Shown here: positions 16,524 through 26,872 of the stretch, piece by piece
Layout of the letters: each line of letters opens with the position of its first letter
Numbering within the stretch: position 1 is the stretch's first letter
DNA from: Microcoleaceae cyanobacterium
GTDB lineage: Bacteria; Cyanobacteriota; Cyanobacteriia; Cyanobacteriales; Microcoleaceae
Assembly (NCBI GenBank): GCA_051652765.1
Contig: JBOFUV010000133.1
Coordinates: 1-64,000 of the forward strand
DNA length: 64,000 bases
Direction of reading: 5' to 3'
Made by a program: the position numbers and the translations under genes
Notes under the pieces: generated by a model
What the model was told of the DNA's origin: nothing
What the model saw: only the letters and a program-made list of their open reading frames with translations
Database searches by the model: none

Positions 16524-17441
16524 ATGAACTTCAAACCCCAAGTTAAACGGTTAGAAACGACTAATGCTGAACGAATCCGGCTCAGTTATGCCCTCTCAAA
16601 AGTGAGGCAGTTTGATCAGGCATTGAGTGAGCTGAACATCGTCTTGGATCACAATCCTCGTTCAGTCTATGCTCATCTCGCCATTGGCAATATTTGTTAT
16701 CTGCAAAGACGATATGGTGAAGCCTTTCATCACTTTCAAACGCTGACTCACTTGAATCCTCTGATGAGTGAAGGATACTTAAAGCTGGGGCAAGTTTGTT
16801 TACGGTTGGAGTGTTTAGAAGATGCCCTGGAGTATTTTGATACCGTCCTCAATTTGGATGCTCAATCCCCTCAAGCCTATCTCAGTCGCGGTCAAGTGAT
16901 GATGCGCCGAGAAGAATATGACTGCGCGATCGCCCATTTTCAGCAGGCTCTCAACTTAAATTCAGATGTGTTTTTGGCTCACTTATTACTGGGAGAGATT
17001 TATCGTAAGCAAAAGCATTTCCCTCAAGCTCTGAGAGAATTTCAAGCTGTTCTGGAGGTTCAACCCCAACTGATGATGGCCTACATTCGCTTGGGGCGAC
17101 TTTATCTCGATATGCAACATCCAGTTCAGGCAAAAGCTACTTTTGAGTATGCTTTACAGTTAAATCCTCACTCGATTTATGCCTATTTGGGTCTGGCTGA
17201 TGCGCTCATTCAATTAAATCAGTTAGAAGCGGCGGATGAATTACTGCAAAAACTACCGCACTTTAACAAACCTACCCTGAATCAACTCAACCGGAATCAA
17301 CCGAGTATCCCTGAGCCAACCTTCTTGGTTTCTCCTGACAGCTCTTGTCCTGAAGTTCCCTTTGATGAAACAGGCAATCTAGAGCAAATTTGGTACACAG
17401 AAGCTCTAGCTGGCCAAGAACGCTACTTGAACCTGGAATAA
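16524..17441 (+). CDS. Tetratricopeptide repeat protein
   Basis: Six to seven 34-aa repeats (AHLAIGNI...LNP, AYLSRGQV, AYIRLGRL, AYLGLADA). Confidence 0.9.
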   Translation: MNFKPQVKRLETTNAERIRLSYALSKVRQFDQALSELNIVLDHNPRSVYAHLAIGNICYLQRRYGEAFHHFQTLTHLNPLMSEGYLKLGQVCLRLECLEDALEYFDTVLNLDAQSPQAYLSRGQVMMRREEYDCAIAHFQQALNLNSDVFLAHLLLGEIYRKQKHFPQALREFQAVLEVQPQLMMAYIRLGRLYLDMQHPVQAKATFEYALQLNPHSIYAYLGLADALIQLNQLEAADELLQKLPHFNKPTLNQLNRNQPSIPEPTFLVSPDSSCPEVPFDETGNLEQIWYTEALAGQERYLNLE

Positions 17442-17548
17442 TTGGCATTATTCCTATGGCTCTCCTGTGAAAACGTTGTAAAGCACCTTGCAAAAATCCT
17501 TACAAAAATCCCTGCAAAAATCTTTGTACAGATTCGAGATGTTCTGGA

Positions 17549-18046
17549 TTACGGCTTCGCTGAAGGGTCATCTAATCTAGCTGAATCTACCACTGTTGTA
17601 TCCTCATAAATCTCAGAATTATCCCCGTCCTGAATTGAGGGATTGGCTGTAGGAGTCTCAGAAGAGGCGGCTATCCCTGCAGCTTTTGATGGAGTTCCCA
17701 CACTTTCGTCCGAGGGTTCGGATTTTGATTCCGCTTGGATTCTAAGCTGTATTTTAGGGCCTGAGAGTGCAATGTGGATAATTTGTCCATCCTTGACCCT
17801 ACATTCCGTTACCAGATCCCCGTCAACATAGGTGCCATTAGTACCAAGATTAACGACTCTCCACCCCTCCCTGTCTAGCCTAAGCTCCAAATGATGGCGA
17901 GACACTACAGCACTGTAAAGCACAACGTGATTCTTTACCGAACGACCAATCCGAATCACGTCTTCCTGTTCAAACATCCAACTTCTGACCGGGGTTAACT
18001 GGTAAGGGTGGAGTAATATTAATGTAATCACATTGTTATCATGCAT
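17549..18046 (-). CDS. FHA domain protein
   Basis: IRIGRS, VVSRHH, GTNGTYV motifs. Confidence 0.88.
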   Translation of the reverse strand: MHDNNVITLILLHPYQLTPVRSWMFEQEDVIRIGRSVKNHVVLYSAVVSRHHLELRLDREGWRVVNLGTNGTYVDGDLVTECRVKDGQIIHIALSGPKIQLRIQAESKSEPSDESVGTPSKAAGIAASSETPTANPSIQDGDNSEIYEDTTVVDSARLDDPSAKP

Positions 18047-18225
18047 TCAAATTATTCTGGGAATCGAAGAACCCTAAATCTCCGTTATGGCAATCCCAAA
18101 GGATTTGTGAAAGGATTTGTGCAATGGGGTGAAGGGGCATTGTTCATGCTTGAAGACTTCGTCCCCAAATCCCACTTTGATGCTTGGGTCACTGATTTGG
18201 GATTGCTAGAGAACTGAAGCTTTGT

Positions 18226-18960
18226 CTAAGAGAGTTGAAAAATAAAGGAGACGAGATCTCCTTTTCCTAGGGAGATGCGATCGCCGGGTCTGAGACGATG
18301 ACGGTTTCCCTTCTGTAAGGGAATATTGTTAATGTATGTCCCATTCGAACTGCCAATATCCTCGATATAGTAGGTATCTCCCTCAGTCCGAATGTCAGCA
18401 TGGGTGCGTGAAACAATCTCTGAGTTGGGAAAACTGGAGACATCTATATCTGGGGGAATCATCTGATTGGGCTTGCCGACATGAATGACCGGCAGGTTTT
18501 GAGGCAGTTCAACGACAGTATTAGTTTGGACATGGACAAGACGAGCAGAAGACTGTTGCAGTTGAGTGGTCGAATGTCCTGCTATTTCTCCGCCTTCGGG
18601 GGCGAGTAGAATTGGCTCTTCTTCTGAGATAACTAGGGGAAGTGGCTCCTCGGCTGTTTTCTCCAGGGTCAATCCCCCAGCTTGAATCGGTTCAACCTCC
18701 ATTAAAGGATCTGGAGTGATGTTCTGAGGCAGGGAGGGAATTTCTTCTGCAACACTGGCTAGAGGCGTAGATTCGGCACTGGCTTCACTGACTCCACTGG
18801 GTTGTAGGCTATACCCACATTGACCACAGAATGCAGCATCACTCTGAACCGTTGCTCCACAGTTCGGACAAGTTGTTGTTGTGGGCAGGGGAGTGTAGCA
18901 AGCTTCACATTGTGTAGCCCCTTCTGGATTTTGGTGGCTGCAATTCGGGCAAACAATCAT
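18226..18960 (-). CDS. fraH: Double zinc-ribbon + FHA protein (FraH-like)
   Basis: Starts MIVCPNC with four CxxC pairs, acidic/Pro linker, FHA motifs VSRTHA and SSNGTYIN; adjacent to pgl. Confidence 0.82.
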   Translation of the reverse strand: MIVCPNCSHQNPEGATQCEACYTPLPTTTTCPNCGATVQSDAAFCGQCGYSLQPSGVSEASAESTPLASVAEEIPSLPQNITPDPLMEVEPIQAGGLTLEKTAEEPLPLVISEEEPILLAPEGGEIAGHSTTQLQQSSARLVHVQTNTVVELPQNLPVIHVGKPNQMIPPDIDVSSFPNSEIVSRTHADIRTEGDTYYIEDIGSSNGTYINNIPLQKGNRHRLRPGDRISLGKGDLVSFIFQLS

Positions 18961-19182
18961 CGGCTTCTCCTCTTCAGGCTGGAGCAAGTTCTAACGGTTA
19001 ATGGTTAGCTTGTTTAACGTTATTCTTTCTCTTCAATCCTATCTCAAGAATCATCTCGTATAAAATTACCTCTGGCTTAATCGAATGGGGAGTAAAAAGT
19101 AGGGAGCCGGGAAGCGGCATAAACTATGACAATTTGATTTGCAGCGTGTGTGGATCTGAACCTGATGAAGGATGCCTAACGG

Positions 19183-19905
19183 TTAAGCGGTTAGCCCCTG
19201 GCCCGCAGCCTCGTCCAGTAGCCACCAGAGTTCTCCCTGGGGTTGAATCAGGCGGGCAGGATAGGTTAATTCATCAGCCATAGGGGCAAAGATTTGGGCC
19301 AGAGCTGACTGTTTATTGGCTCCGGTGACCAGGAACATCACACAGCGCCCGTGGTTAATCAGGGGGACAGTGAAGGTGAGGCGGGGCTGACCCGATTTGT
19401 TCCCAACTGTAATCAGGCGATCGCTTACGGTTAAGGCATCAGTCCCTGGAAACAAGGATGCCGTGTGAGCATCATCCCCGATGCCCAGCAAAATCAAATC
19501 GAAGCGGGGAAATTCTCCTGGCGCGAGGTGGAAAAAATCCTGCAGTTCCGCTTCATGCTGACGGGCATCGGCGGCGGGATCACTTGCTCCTGTAGGCATT
19601 GGATGAATATTGCTGGCTGGAAATTGCACCGCGTCAAACCAGGCTTGACGGGCCATCAGTTGATTGCTGTCTGGATGATCCGGAGCCACGTAACGTTCAT
19701 CTCCCCAAAACACATGGATTTTTTCCAAGGGTAAGTCTTGGGCTGCCAGCGCTTCATACAATGGCTTCGGCGTGCTACCCCCCGCTAAAGCCATTGTAAA
19801 TTGATCCCGCTCCTGAATTGCTGTCGCCAGTTTGCCGAGGAAAATTTCCTGCGATCGCTGGACAATTTGCGCTAGATTAGCCAAAACTTCAATATTTTTC
19901 TGCAT
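19183..19905 (-). CDS. pgl: 6-phosphogluconolactonase
   Basis: ALAGGSTP, FWGDERYV, DSNQ, LGIGDDAHTASLFP. Confidence 0.95.
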   Translation of the reverse strand: MQKNIEVLANLAQIVQRSQEIFLGKLATAIQERDQFTMALAGGSTPKPLYEALAAQDLPLEKIHVFWGDERYVAPDHPDSNQLMARQAWFDAVQFPASNIHPMPTGASDPAADARQHEAELQDFFHLAPGEFPRFDLILLGIGDDAHTASLFPGTDALTVSDRLITVGNKSGQPRLTFTVPLINHGRCVMFLVTGANKQSALAQIFAPMADELTYPARLIQPQGELWWLLDEAAGQGLTA

Positions 19906-20097
19906 AAGTCATTCTCAGGCGAAGGATTACCCGTTAATTTATCTAGATTGAGGTTAACAAAACCTTAATGCCGACTGGGGATTCAGCGCTAGAATAAGAG
20001 TATTCTTTGCTGATTGTTTTACTGATTTTTTTAATGGCTGTTTCATAATATCCTCAAGTTCTGTCTCTGTACATTCATCCCTGATCTGAGATTCTCC

Positions 20098-21330
20098 ATG
20101 CTTAAAAAACTGGCCCCTAAATCTATTGCTGCCCTCAAGCCTCAAGTTCATCCGTTGATGCGACCTCGTTTTTGGGGGCCAATTGGGATTCTATTGATTC
20201 TAGGTGGGGTTTTTTGGGAGTTGGCCGAAAACCCAGAACGGTTTCAGGTGTCCGGCAACTCGTCTTCCCCCCCAATAGACGGTAATCTGGGTCAGCGCTT
20301 AACGGATGAAGACAAGGCGATCGCCGCTGACATTGACAGTTCGGGGTTACTCATTCAGGAGCTTCAGGAATTTGAACCCATGTCAACAGATTTGATCAAT
20401 AATCCCATCTTGGTCAAGGAACAGGCCCTTGACCTTCCCCAAGGGTCAACTTCAATCCCCTCAGGAGCCCAAGCTCAAAACCCACTTTTGCCTCAGTTCC
20501 TGGGAGGCCCTGAAGGTTCTGACCCAGCCGCCTCGGCTTCATCCGGTTACGATCTGCTAAACTTTGGAGCTTTGCGGCAGTCTTCTAGTTCCTCTAGGGC
20601 TTCAAATTCTGCTAATCCATCACAGACCTCTGGTTTTGAAGCAGAACCAGGGCCAGCTCAACCGGGCAATCCGTTGCAAGCCGCGATGGATCGAGAAGCC
20701 CAATCTTCGGCCCAGAATCGTACAACTGGCTCAGAAGAGTCCCAGGGAGAACAGAGAGGTGGAGTGAATTCTGCAAATTCATCTGCAAATTCTGGGGTGA
20801 ACGCCATCAATTCCTCTCAGTCCCCAACAACGGCCCCTGAAACTTCGAACAATGCTGCCGTCAATCCGATAGCTGTGGGTCAACTTCAACCTTCAACGGT
20901 TCCGCAACCGCCTTCAATGGTTCCTCCGCCAACCTGGACTGTTCCCAGGGCAACGGTAAATCCAGGGATTCCCAGTATATCGCCAGCAGTTCCCAATGCC
21001 TTTCAAACAGATCGCTCGATTCCTCAGGCGATTGCTCCTGTGCAGTCCAATATCCCGGTCACTGCTTCAACCCTGACTCCAAGCTCTCCCAGTTACTCTC
21101 GCTTTTATCCCGGCTTGAATGGAAATTCAGCCCTAGAGTTAACCAATCCTGGATATAACTCCTCGTTCTCAATTCCGGTTGCCCAACCTGTTCAGGTCAA
21201 TCCAAATGTTTTCACAACCCCGACCGTTCAGACTAACCCCTTAGTTCGACCCCAGCCCTTCTCTATTCCCCGTTCTGTCCCTGGACGAACCATTGGTGGC
21301 GGAGAAATTAACACCTTTGCCAATCCCTAG
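20098..21330 (+). CDS. Membrane-anchored Ser/Pro/Asn-rich hypothetical protein
   Basis: One N-terminal TM helix, AIAADIDSS motif, low-complexity body, C-terminal GGGEINTFANP. Confidence 0.7.
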   Translation: MLKKLAPKSIAALKPQVHPLMRPRFWGPIGILLILGGVFWELAENPERFQVSGNSSSPPIDGNLGQRLTDEDKAIAADIDSSGLLIQELQEFEPMSTDLINNPILVKEQALDLPQGSTSIPSGAQAQNPLLPQFLGGPEGSDPAASASSGYDLLNFGALRQSSSSSRASNSANPSQTSGFEAEPGPAQPGNPLQAAMDREAQSSAQNRTTGSEESQGEQRGGVNSANSSANSGVNAINSSQSPTTAPETSNNAAVNPIAVGQLQPSTVPQPPSMVPPPTWTVPRATVNPGIPSISPAVPNAFQTDRSIPQAIAPVQSNIPVTASTLTPSSPSYSRFYPGLNGNSALELTNPGYNSSFSIPVAQPVQVNPNVFTTPTVQTNPLVRPQPFSIPRSVPGRTIGGGEINTFANP

Positions 21331-21341
21331 GCTGTTCATGC

Positions 21342-22520
21342 CTAGCGGGACGCGCGAGACAATAAAAATCCTGCCACTCCCAAGCCTAGAGCCGTAGGAA
21401 GCCAAGCGGCAACAAAGGGAGTTAAAACGGCTTTTTGACCCATCGCTCCTGTGACAAACGAGAGCAGGTAATAAGAAAAGATCACAATAATACTGATCCC
21501 AAAACTGGTGGCTTTGCTGGCCTTGTGAGGGCGAGATCCAAGGGCGGCTCCCAAGAGCCCAAACAAAATGCAGACAAAGGGCAAGGCATATTTCTGTTGA
21601 ATCCGAACTCTTGTTTTGAGTACCCGCCGTTCATCGCCGCTGAGCCGCATCAGTTGTAAATATTCCTGGGCTTGAGCAATGTTCATTTCGTCATAGCCCC
21701 GCTTTTTCGTCGCCAAGTCCAAGGGAGTACGGGAGAGCTGAATGGCTTTGTGGTCAAACCGCAGAATATTTCGGTAGGAACCTTCGGGATCAATCGCATA
21801 GAGGGTGCCATCGAAGAAGTCCCACATATTTTCTGCGCCATTCCAGGTTGCAGACTCTGAAGAAATAATCTGAGTAATGCCTGTTTGAGACCGATCCAAG
21901 ATGGTTACGCCTTGCATTTGACGGCCATCAAAATGATCGGCATAGAACAACCGAGACAAAACAGTAATCTCATCCTCTGAGCCTTCAACCTCAACTTTTT
22001 CGTATTCTGGATAAAAAATATTATCTTCTCGGAATGGCAGGCGATCGCGGTTTAAGGCCCGTTCCAGGGTCATGGTGGCTTGGTAATTGGTGGCCGGGAC
22101 AATCAGCTCGTTAAAGGCAAAGGTCAAGGCAGTCACTAAAACACTGAAGATTAAAGTCGGCACAACCAGGCGATAGATGCTGATGCCACAACTCCGCAGG
22201 GCAACTAGTTCGCTATCACTTGACAACCGACCATAAACCATCAAAGTTGCCAACACCATGGACATGGGGAACGCTAGGACAATAAATTCTGGCATTCGTA
22301 GCAGAAACACCTGGGCGGCAACCCCAATCGCCAACCCCGACTCCGTTACCTGGCGGACTAAATCAAAGACAGTATCCACGGTTAGAGCAATGGACGTGAA
22401 TAGCCCAATCCCAAACAAAAACGTCGGCACGAGTTCCTGGATAATGTAGCGATCCAGAATCGACAGTATGGGTAGAGCAAACTTGTGAGACTTCAACGGA
22501 CTAGCAATGGAAATTTTCAT
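21342..22520 (-). CDS. LptF/LptG family LPS export permease
   Basis: ILDRYI, RLSSDSELVALRSCGIS, 3+3 TM layout; overlaps the lptB stop by 4 nt. Confidence 0.92.
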   Translation of the reverse strand: MKISIASPLKSHKFALPILSILDRYIIQELVPTFLFGIGLFTSIALTVDTVFDLVRQVTESGLAIGVAAQVFLLRMPEFIVLAFPMSMVLATLMVYGRLSSDSELVALRSCGISIYRLVVPTLIFSVLVTALTFAFNELIVPATNYQATMTLERALNRDRLPFREDNIFYPEYEKVEVEGSEDEITVLSRLFYADHFDGRQMQGVTILDRSQTGITQIISSESATWNGAENMWDFFDGTLYAIDPEGSYRNILRFDHKAIQLSRTPLDLATKKRGYDEMNIAQAQEYLQLMRLSGDERRVLKTRVRIQQKYALPFVCILFGLLGAALGSRPHKASKATSFGISIIVIFSYYLLSFVTGAMGQKAVLTPFVAAWLPTALGLGVAGFLLSRASR

Positions 22521-23245
22521 AGCTGAAAGCTGTCACCCAGATAATACCGCCGCACTAGAGGATTATTGTAAAGTTCTTCGGTCGAGCCGGAAGCAAAAAT
22601 CTGTCCCTCTCGCATAATATAGGCCCGATCTGTGATTTCCAATGTCTCCCTCACATTGTGATCCGTGATGAGAATGCCAATTCCTCGCGATCGCAACTTT
22701 GCCACAATCTCCTGCATCTCTGCAACTGCAATCGGGTCAACTCCAGCAAAGGGTTCATCCAGTAGTAAAAATCGAGGACTATTCACCCCAGAGGCTAAAG
22801 CTCTGGCCATTTCTGTCCGTCGGCGCTCTCCACCAGACACCTGATTTCCCAAAGTATGAGAGACCTTTTCTAGACGGAATTCCCGTAAAAGAGTTTCCAT
22901 CCGTCGTTGCCACAGTTGTTGGGGAACTTGGGTTTGCTGCAAAACCAACAGAATATTATCTTGGACACTCAAATGGCGAAAAATACTGGGTTCTTGGGGG
23001 AGATAACCAATCCCAAGCTGAGCCCGTTTGTGAATAGGTAAAGCCGTAATATCCTGGTCATTCAGGTAAACATTTCCCTGATTGGGCTTCTCCAAGCCTG
23101 TGACAATGTAAAACGTAGTTGTTTTGCCTGCACCATTGGGGCCTAACAACCCGACAATTTCCCCCTGGGCAAAGGATAAGTTCACTCGGCTAACAACAGG
23201 CCGCTTCCCGTAGGATTTGTGAATATTTTCCAGCGCAATTTTCAT
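22517..23245 (-). CDS. lptB: LPS export ABC transporter ATP-binding protein
   Basis: GPNGAGKTT, YLPQEPSIF, SGGERRR, LLDEPFAGVDP, ITDHNVRETL; start set at MKIALEN. Confidence 0.95.
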   Translation of the reverse strand: MKIALENIHKSYGKRPVVSRVNLSFAQGEIVGLLGPNGAGKTTTFYIVTGLEKPNQGNVYLNDQDITALPIHKRAQLGIGYLPQEPSIFRHLSVQDNILLVLQQTQVPQQLWQRRMETLLREFRLEKVSHTLGNQVSGGERRRTEMARALASGVNSPRFLLLDEPFAGVDPIAVAEMQEIVAKLRSRGIGILITDHNVRETLEITDRAYIMREGQIFASGSTEELYNNPLVRRYYLGDSFQL

Positions 23246-23456
23246 AGGCTGAGTAGAATCACGGAAGGTTTTGGACAGAACGTTTTGTAATGCAGATAGA
23301 AACTCTAAGAATACAGGACTCAGGAAAGAACAGAAACAGTTGAATTCAGGCAAACACTCATAGTCCAATAGCTTGAATATTCTACAGCTTGGATATTGTA
23401 AATTCCTGAAGTTAAGCCCTTGCAGGTGATCTGATTAGATACTATCAGCTTAAATT

Positions 23457-23993
23457 CTATCTGAGTTGTACCGGTGGAGCAGGGGGAGAGCTAAGTGGGG
23501 CCTTAAACTCGGGTTTTGGGTTGAAGGGGGACGCAACTGTTTTAGATCCGGCTGCATCGTCGGGAACCAGATAAATCGATTCCACCTGTTGTCCTCCCCC
23601 CGGCAGAGCGATAAATCGGCCTTCGTCAATCAGGTAAGTTACCGTTTCTCCCCGAATACTGTTGCCTTCCTGCAAAATAAAAACATCCCCGCTCAAAATA
23701 ATGCGACGTTCCCGGCTAAAGTACTGAGCTTGAGCTGAAGTGGCCTGAATGTTTCGGGCGGGATAGTTAATCTGAACATTGCCTCGAGCTGTAACGATGC
23801 CCGTGTTTGCATCTGCTTCTTGAATATCAGAGCGAACAGTCATAGCAGTCTCCGGCTGTTTTACAGCATTCTGAGCGTAGCTTGGAGAGAGATTCATCCC
23901 AATTTCTACTAGCACAGCACTCGCCAGAACGGCTGGCAAAATTAGAACCCAGTCTTGACGAACCAGCGATCGGAGTAATTTGACAAGCAGCAT
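23457..23993 (-). CDS. lptA: LptA/OstA family protein
   Basis: Signal peptide, beta-jellyroll-like TARGNVQI...LSGDVFILQEGNSIRGE; upstream of lptB. Confidence 0.85.
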   Translation of the reverse strand: MLLVKLLRSLVRQDWVLILPAVLASAVLVEIGMNLSPSYAQNAVKQPETAMTVRSDIQEADANTGIVTARGNVQINYPARNIQATSAQAQYFSRERRIILSGDVFILQEGNSIRGETVTYLIDEGRFIALPGGGQQVESIYLVPDDAAGSKTVASPFNPKPEFKAPLSSPPAPPVQLR

Positions 23994-24267
23994 GATGGTT
24001 TAAGGGGAGGAAGTACAGAGCATTGAGTGATGGGATGAAACATCAAAGTTAGGCTTGTGTGCTCTATTGTACTCGATACAGTTCCTAGGAAGCCAACTCC
24101 GGATTGATTGCTGCAATTCACAGTCTCAGAATTTAAGGTGGTTTGGCTCTGTTGCTATAATCGACGTTGACGCTAGGAAACCCAACCAACGAGATCGAGA
24201 TCTAGGCAAATGATCTAGACAGACCACCAGGGCTGAGTTCAAGGACATTTTGATCAGGAGAAAGACC

Positions 24268-24948
24268 ATGGAAATCCCACAGATTGAACTCTACCTCAAT
24301 AGTGATGATGCTCAAGAACGCCTAAAAGCTCTTGTGGAGTTGAGGAATTATGACAGTGCCGTTGCAGTGCCGATGTTGGTGAGTCGGCTGCACGATCCCG
24401 AATTTTTAGTGCGATCATTTGTCGCAATGGGTTTGGGTCATAAACAGTCTCCAGAATCCTTTGATGCTTTAGTCACGCTGCTCACGGCTGACTCTGACCA
24501 TAATGTTCGGGCGGAGGCTGCGAATTCCCTATCGAAGTATGGAGAGGTCTCTATTCAGCATCTCGTTCAGGCATTTCAGCAAGATGAGAGTTGGTTAGTC
24601 CGGCGCAGTATTCTAGCGCCTTTGATCGACATGCCCTATCCGGAAGCGCTCTATGACATTTGTCTTGAGGGGTTGGCTGGAAACGATCAGGTTGTGCGGG
24701 AGGAAGTCGTTGATGGGTTAGGGGCATTGGCAGGTTCGGAGAGACAAACCGATGCCTTAGATCAACTGCTGGCATTAGTCAGCACTGAAGGATGGCGCAT
24801 TCGGGCTCGCGTTGCTAAGGTGTTAGGAAAATTTGACGATCCTAGGGCTCAAGCCGCACTGAACTATCTGAGGAAAGACGAAGATCATCGAGTTGTGGGA
24901 GCAGCTTTGGAAGGTTCCTTGGGCATGAAGCTTGGGAATGAAGCTTAG
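24268..24948 (+). CDS. nblB: PBS-lyase HEAT-repeat protein (NblB-like)
   Basis: Repeats VRSFVAMGLG, VRAEAANSL, WLVRRSIL, WRIRARVA, DHRVVGAALE. Confidence 0.75.
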   Translation: MEIPQIELYLNSDDAQERLKALVELRNYDSAVAVPMLVSRLHDPEFLVRSFVAMGLGHKQSPESFDALVTLLTADSDHNVRAEAANSLSKYGEVSIQHLVQAFQQDESWLVRRSILAPLIDMPYPEALYDICLEGLAGNDQVVREEVVDGLGALAGSERQTDALDQLLALVSTEGWRIRARVAKVLGKFDDPRAQAALNYLRKDEDHRVVGAALEGSLGMKLGNEA

Positions 24949-24995
24949 GAATAAAACTTAGGAATAAAACTTAGGCATGAAGCTTAGGAATGAAA
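24925..24995. repeat. Degenerate 12-nt tandem repeat (atgaagcttagg-like)
   Basis: atgaagcttggga atgaagcttagga ataaaacttagga ataaaacttaggc atgaagcttagga spanning the stop codon (unit 12-13 nt). Confidence 0.8.
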
Positions 24996-25025
24996 GTTGA
25001 GTAACCCCGAGAACGTAGATTATTC

Positions 25026-25050
25026 TGTGGGTTGGGCATCTTGCCTGACT
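25026..25050. repeat. REP-like small dispersed repeat copy (family B)
   Basis: tgtgggttgggcatcttgcctgact matches 41554-41578 at 23 of 25 positions. Confidence 0.65.
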
Positions 25051-25168
25051 TGGATGAGCTGAGATTGAGCTAGATTTCCACCCCAAATCTTGATTGCTTT
25101 GAACCAATCGGTTGTTGGCGATCGCTGTGGCTCACTATAAACTTAGAGAAAAGTGTGCTGAGCAAAAC

Positions 25169-26779
25169 GTGCCCTACTTAATTCACAATCCGGATACCTC
25201 CCACGCGGTTACCTATGAACTACAGTTGGGTTCCAACACGATTGGTCGGAGCAAAAGCAATAACATTTGCCTGACGGATGTGAGTCTTTCTCGCCAGCAC
25301 GCTACGATTGACGTGACAGAGCAAGGAGTAACCTTAACTGATCTCAACAGCAGTAACCACACCTTCGTTAACGAGACCAAGATCGTTCAATGTCAGCTCA
25401 AAACGGGGGATTTGGTTCGCTGTGGAGCAGTAGTATTCACGTTTCTCAATTTAATCAGTTTCTCTTGCGAGCAAACTCAAACCATTTCAGGCAATTCGAC
25501 CTCGATTGTTCGGCAATTTTCTCCTGCTCTTAGCCTAACCAGTCTGTCTCAGGAATTACTCCAGGGTGGGTCTCGAAATGATTCTGTGATCAAGCTCAAA
25601 CAGCAGCAAGATGCGGGTCAACGGGCAATTAATAAACTCAAAATTTTGCTAGAGGTCTGTCAAGAACTCTCCTCTCCCCATGAAACCCAACAACTGATCG
25701 AGAAAATTTTGACCTTGCTGTTCAAGATTGTGAGTGTCGATCGTGCCGCTATTCTGTTGGTGAACTCGGACACCGGAGAGTTGGATCAAAAAGCCGTTAA
25801 ATTCCGCAATGAGATTTTTGCCGAAGAGCAGTTTTACAGTACCCGAATTATCAGCCTGGTACGGGAACAGGGCAATACAATCCTGACTGCTGATGCTCTG
25901 GTAGACGAACGGTTTCAGGATTCTGAATCGATTTTAGCTCAGGCGATTCATGCGTCGGTTTGTGTTCCTCTGAAACCCAGAGATGAAGTGATCGGGGTAC
26001 TGTATATGGACAATTTATCCATGTCGAATGTTTACTCCGATGAAGATGTGGAATTCTTGGCGGCCTTGACGAGTCAGGCGGCGATCGCCATTGATAATGC
26101 CGAACTCTCCAAGAAAATGCGGGAGGAAGCGGTTGCCCGCTGTACCTTAGAGCGCTTTTTCCCCCCTGCGGTGAGTCGTAAGTTGCGAGAGGAAGGCAAG
26201 CTAGGAATTTTTGAGGCAGATGTAACGGCCTTGTTCTCGGATATCACTCGATTTACCCAGATGTCTGCCCGCATGGGGCCACGGCAAGTGATTTCGATGT
26301 TGAATGAATATTTTAGGGTGATGGTAGAAGATATTGTCTTCCCCCACGAAGGCACGCTAGAGAAGTATATTGGAGATGCCCTAGTTGCCGTTTGGGGAGC
26401 CCCCTATCCTCAGTCTGGGGATGTTGATCGAGCCGTCCAGGCAGCCATTGAAATGCAACAAGCCGTTGCCCGCATGAATCAAGAGTGGATCAGTCGTTAT
26501 AAGGAGCCAATCCATATTCACATTGGGTTGAATTCAGGCCCCGTTGCCACAGGCAATATTGGCTCTGAAAAACTGGTTCAGTATGCTCATATTGGAGATA
26601 CGATGAACGTCGCGAGTCGGATTTGCAATGTGGCAGAGGCTAACGAAATTTTAATTGCCGAATCTACGTTTGAACAATTGAGCGATCGCAGTCTTCCGTT
26701 TGATAAGCTTCCCCTTGTGACGGTCAAAGGAAAAAATGAACCTTTACAGCTTTATCGGTTGCTGTGGGAGAAGCTCTAA
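25169..26779 (+). CDS. Class III adenylate cyclase with FHA and GAF domains (CyaD-like layout)
   Basis: FHA (TIGRS, LSRQHA, SSNHTFVN), GAF (CVPLKPRDEVIGVLYMDN), cyclase (LFSDI, EKYIGDA, IGDTMNVASR); likely GTG start at 25169. Confidence 0.9.
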   Translation: MPYLIHNPDTSHAVTYELQLGSNTIGRSKSNNICLTDVSLSRQHATIDVTEQGVTLTDLNSSNHTFVNETKIVQCQLKTGDLVRCGAVVFTFLNLISFSCEQTQTISGNSTSIVRQFSPALSLTSLSQELLQGGSRNDSVIKLKQQQDAGQRAINKLKILLEVCQELSSPHETQQLIEKILTLLFKIVSVDRAAILLVNSDTGELDQKAVKFRNEIFAEEQFYSTRIISLVREQGNTILTADALVDERFQDSESILAQAIHASVCVPLKPRDEVIGVLYMDNLSMSNVYSDEDVEFLAALTSQAAIAIDNAELSKKMREEAVARCTLERFFPPAVSRKLREEGKLGIFEADVTALFSDITRFTQMSARMGPRQVISMLNEYFRVMVEDIVFPHEGTLEKYIGDALVAVWGAPYPQSGDVDRAVQAAIEMQQAVARMNQEWISRYKEPIHIHIGLNSGPVATGNIGSEKLVQYAHIGDTMNVASRICNVAEANEILIAESTFEQLSDRSLPFDKLPLVTVKGKNEPLQLYRLLWEKL

Positions 26780-26872
26780 ATATTCAATCAACCAATGCTG
26801 ACAACGCTAGTCTCCAAGCAGAGTATCTGAACCTTCATTGCCATCTAGCAAATCGTTCCCTTACTGAGATGA

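Noticed and set aside
1..17441. Recent horizontal transfer of the cluster from a non-cyanobacterium
   Set aside because: HIP1 sites, host-type micro-duplications and a host-like dispersed repeat occur inside it, and no integrase or transposase is at the visible boundary.
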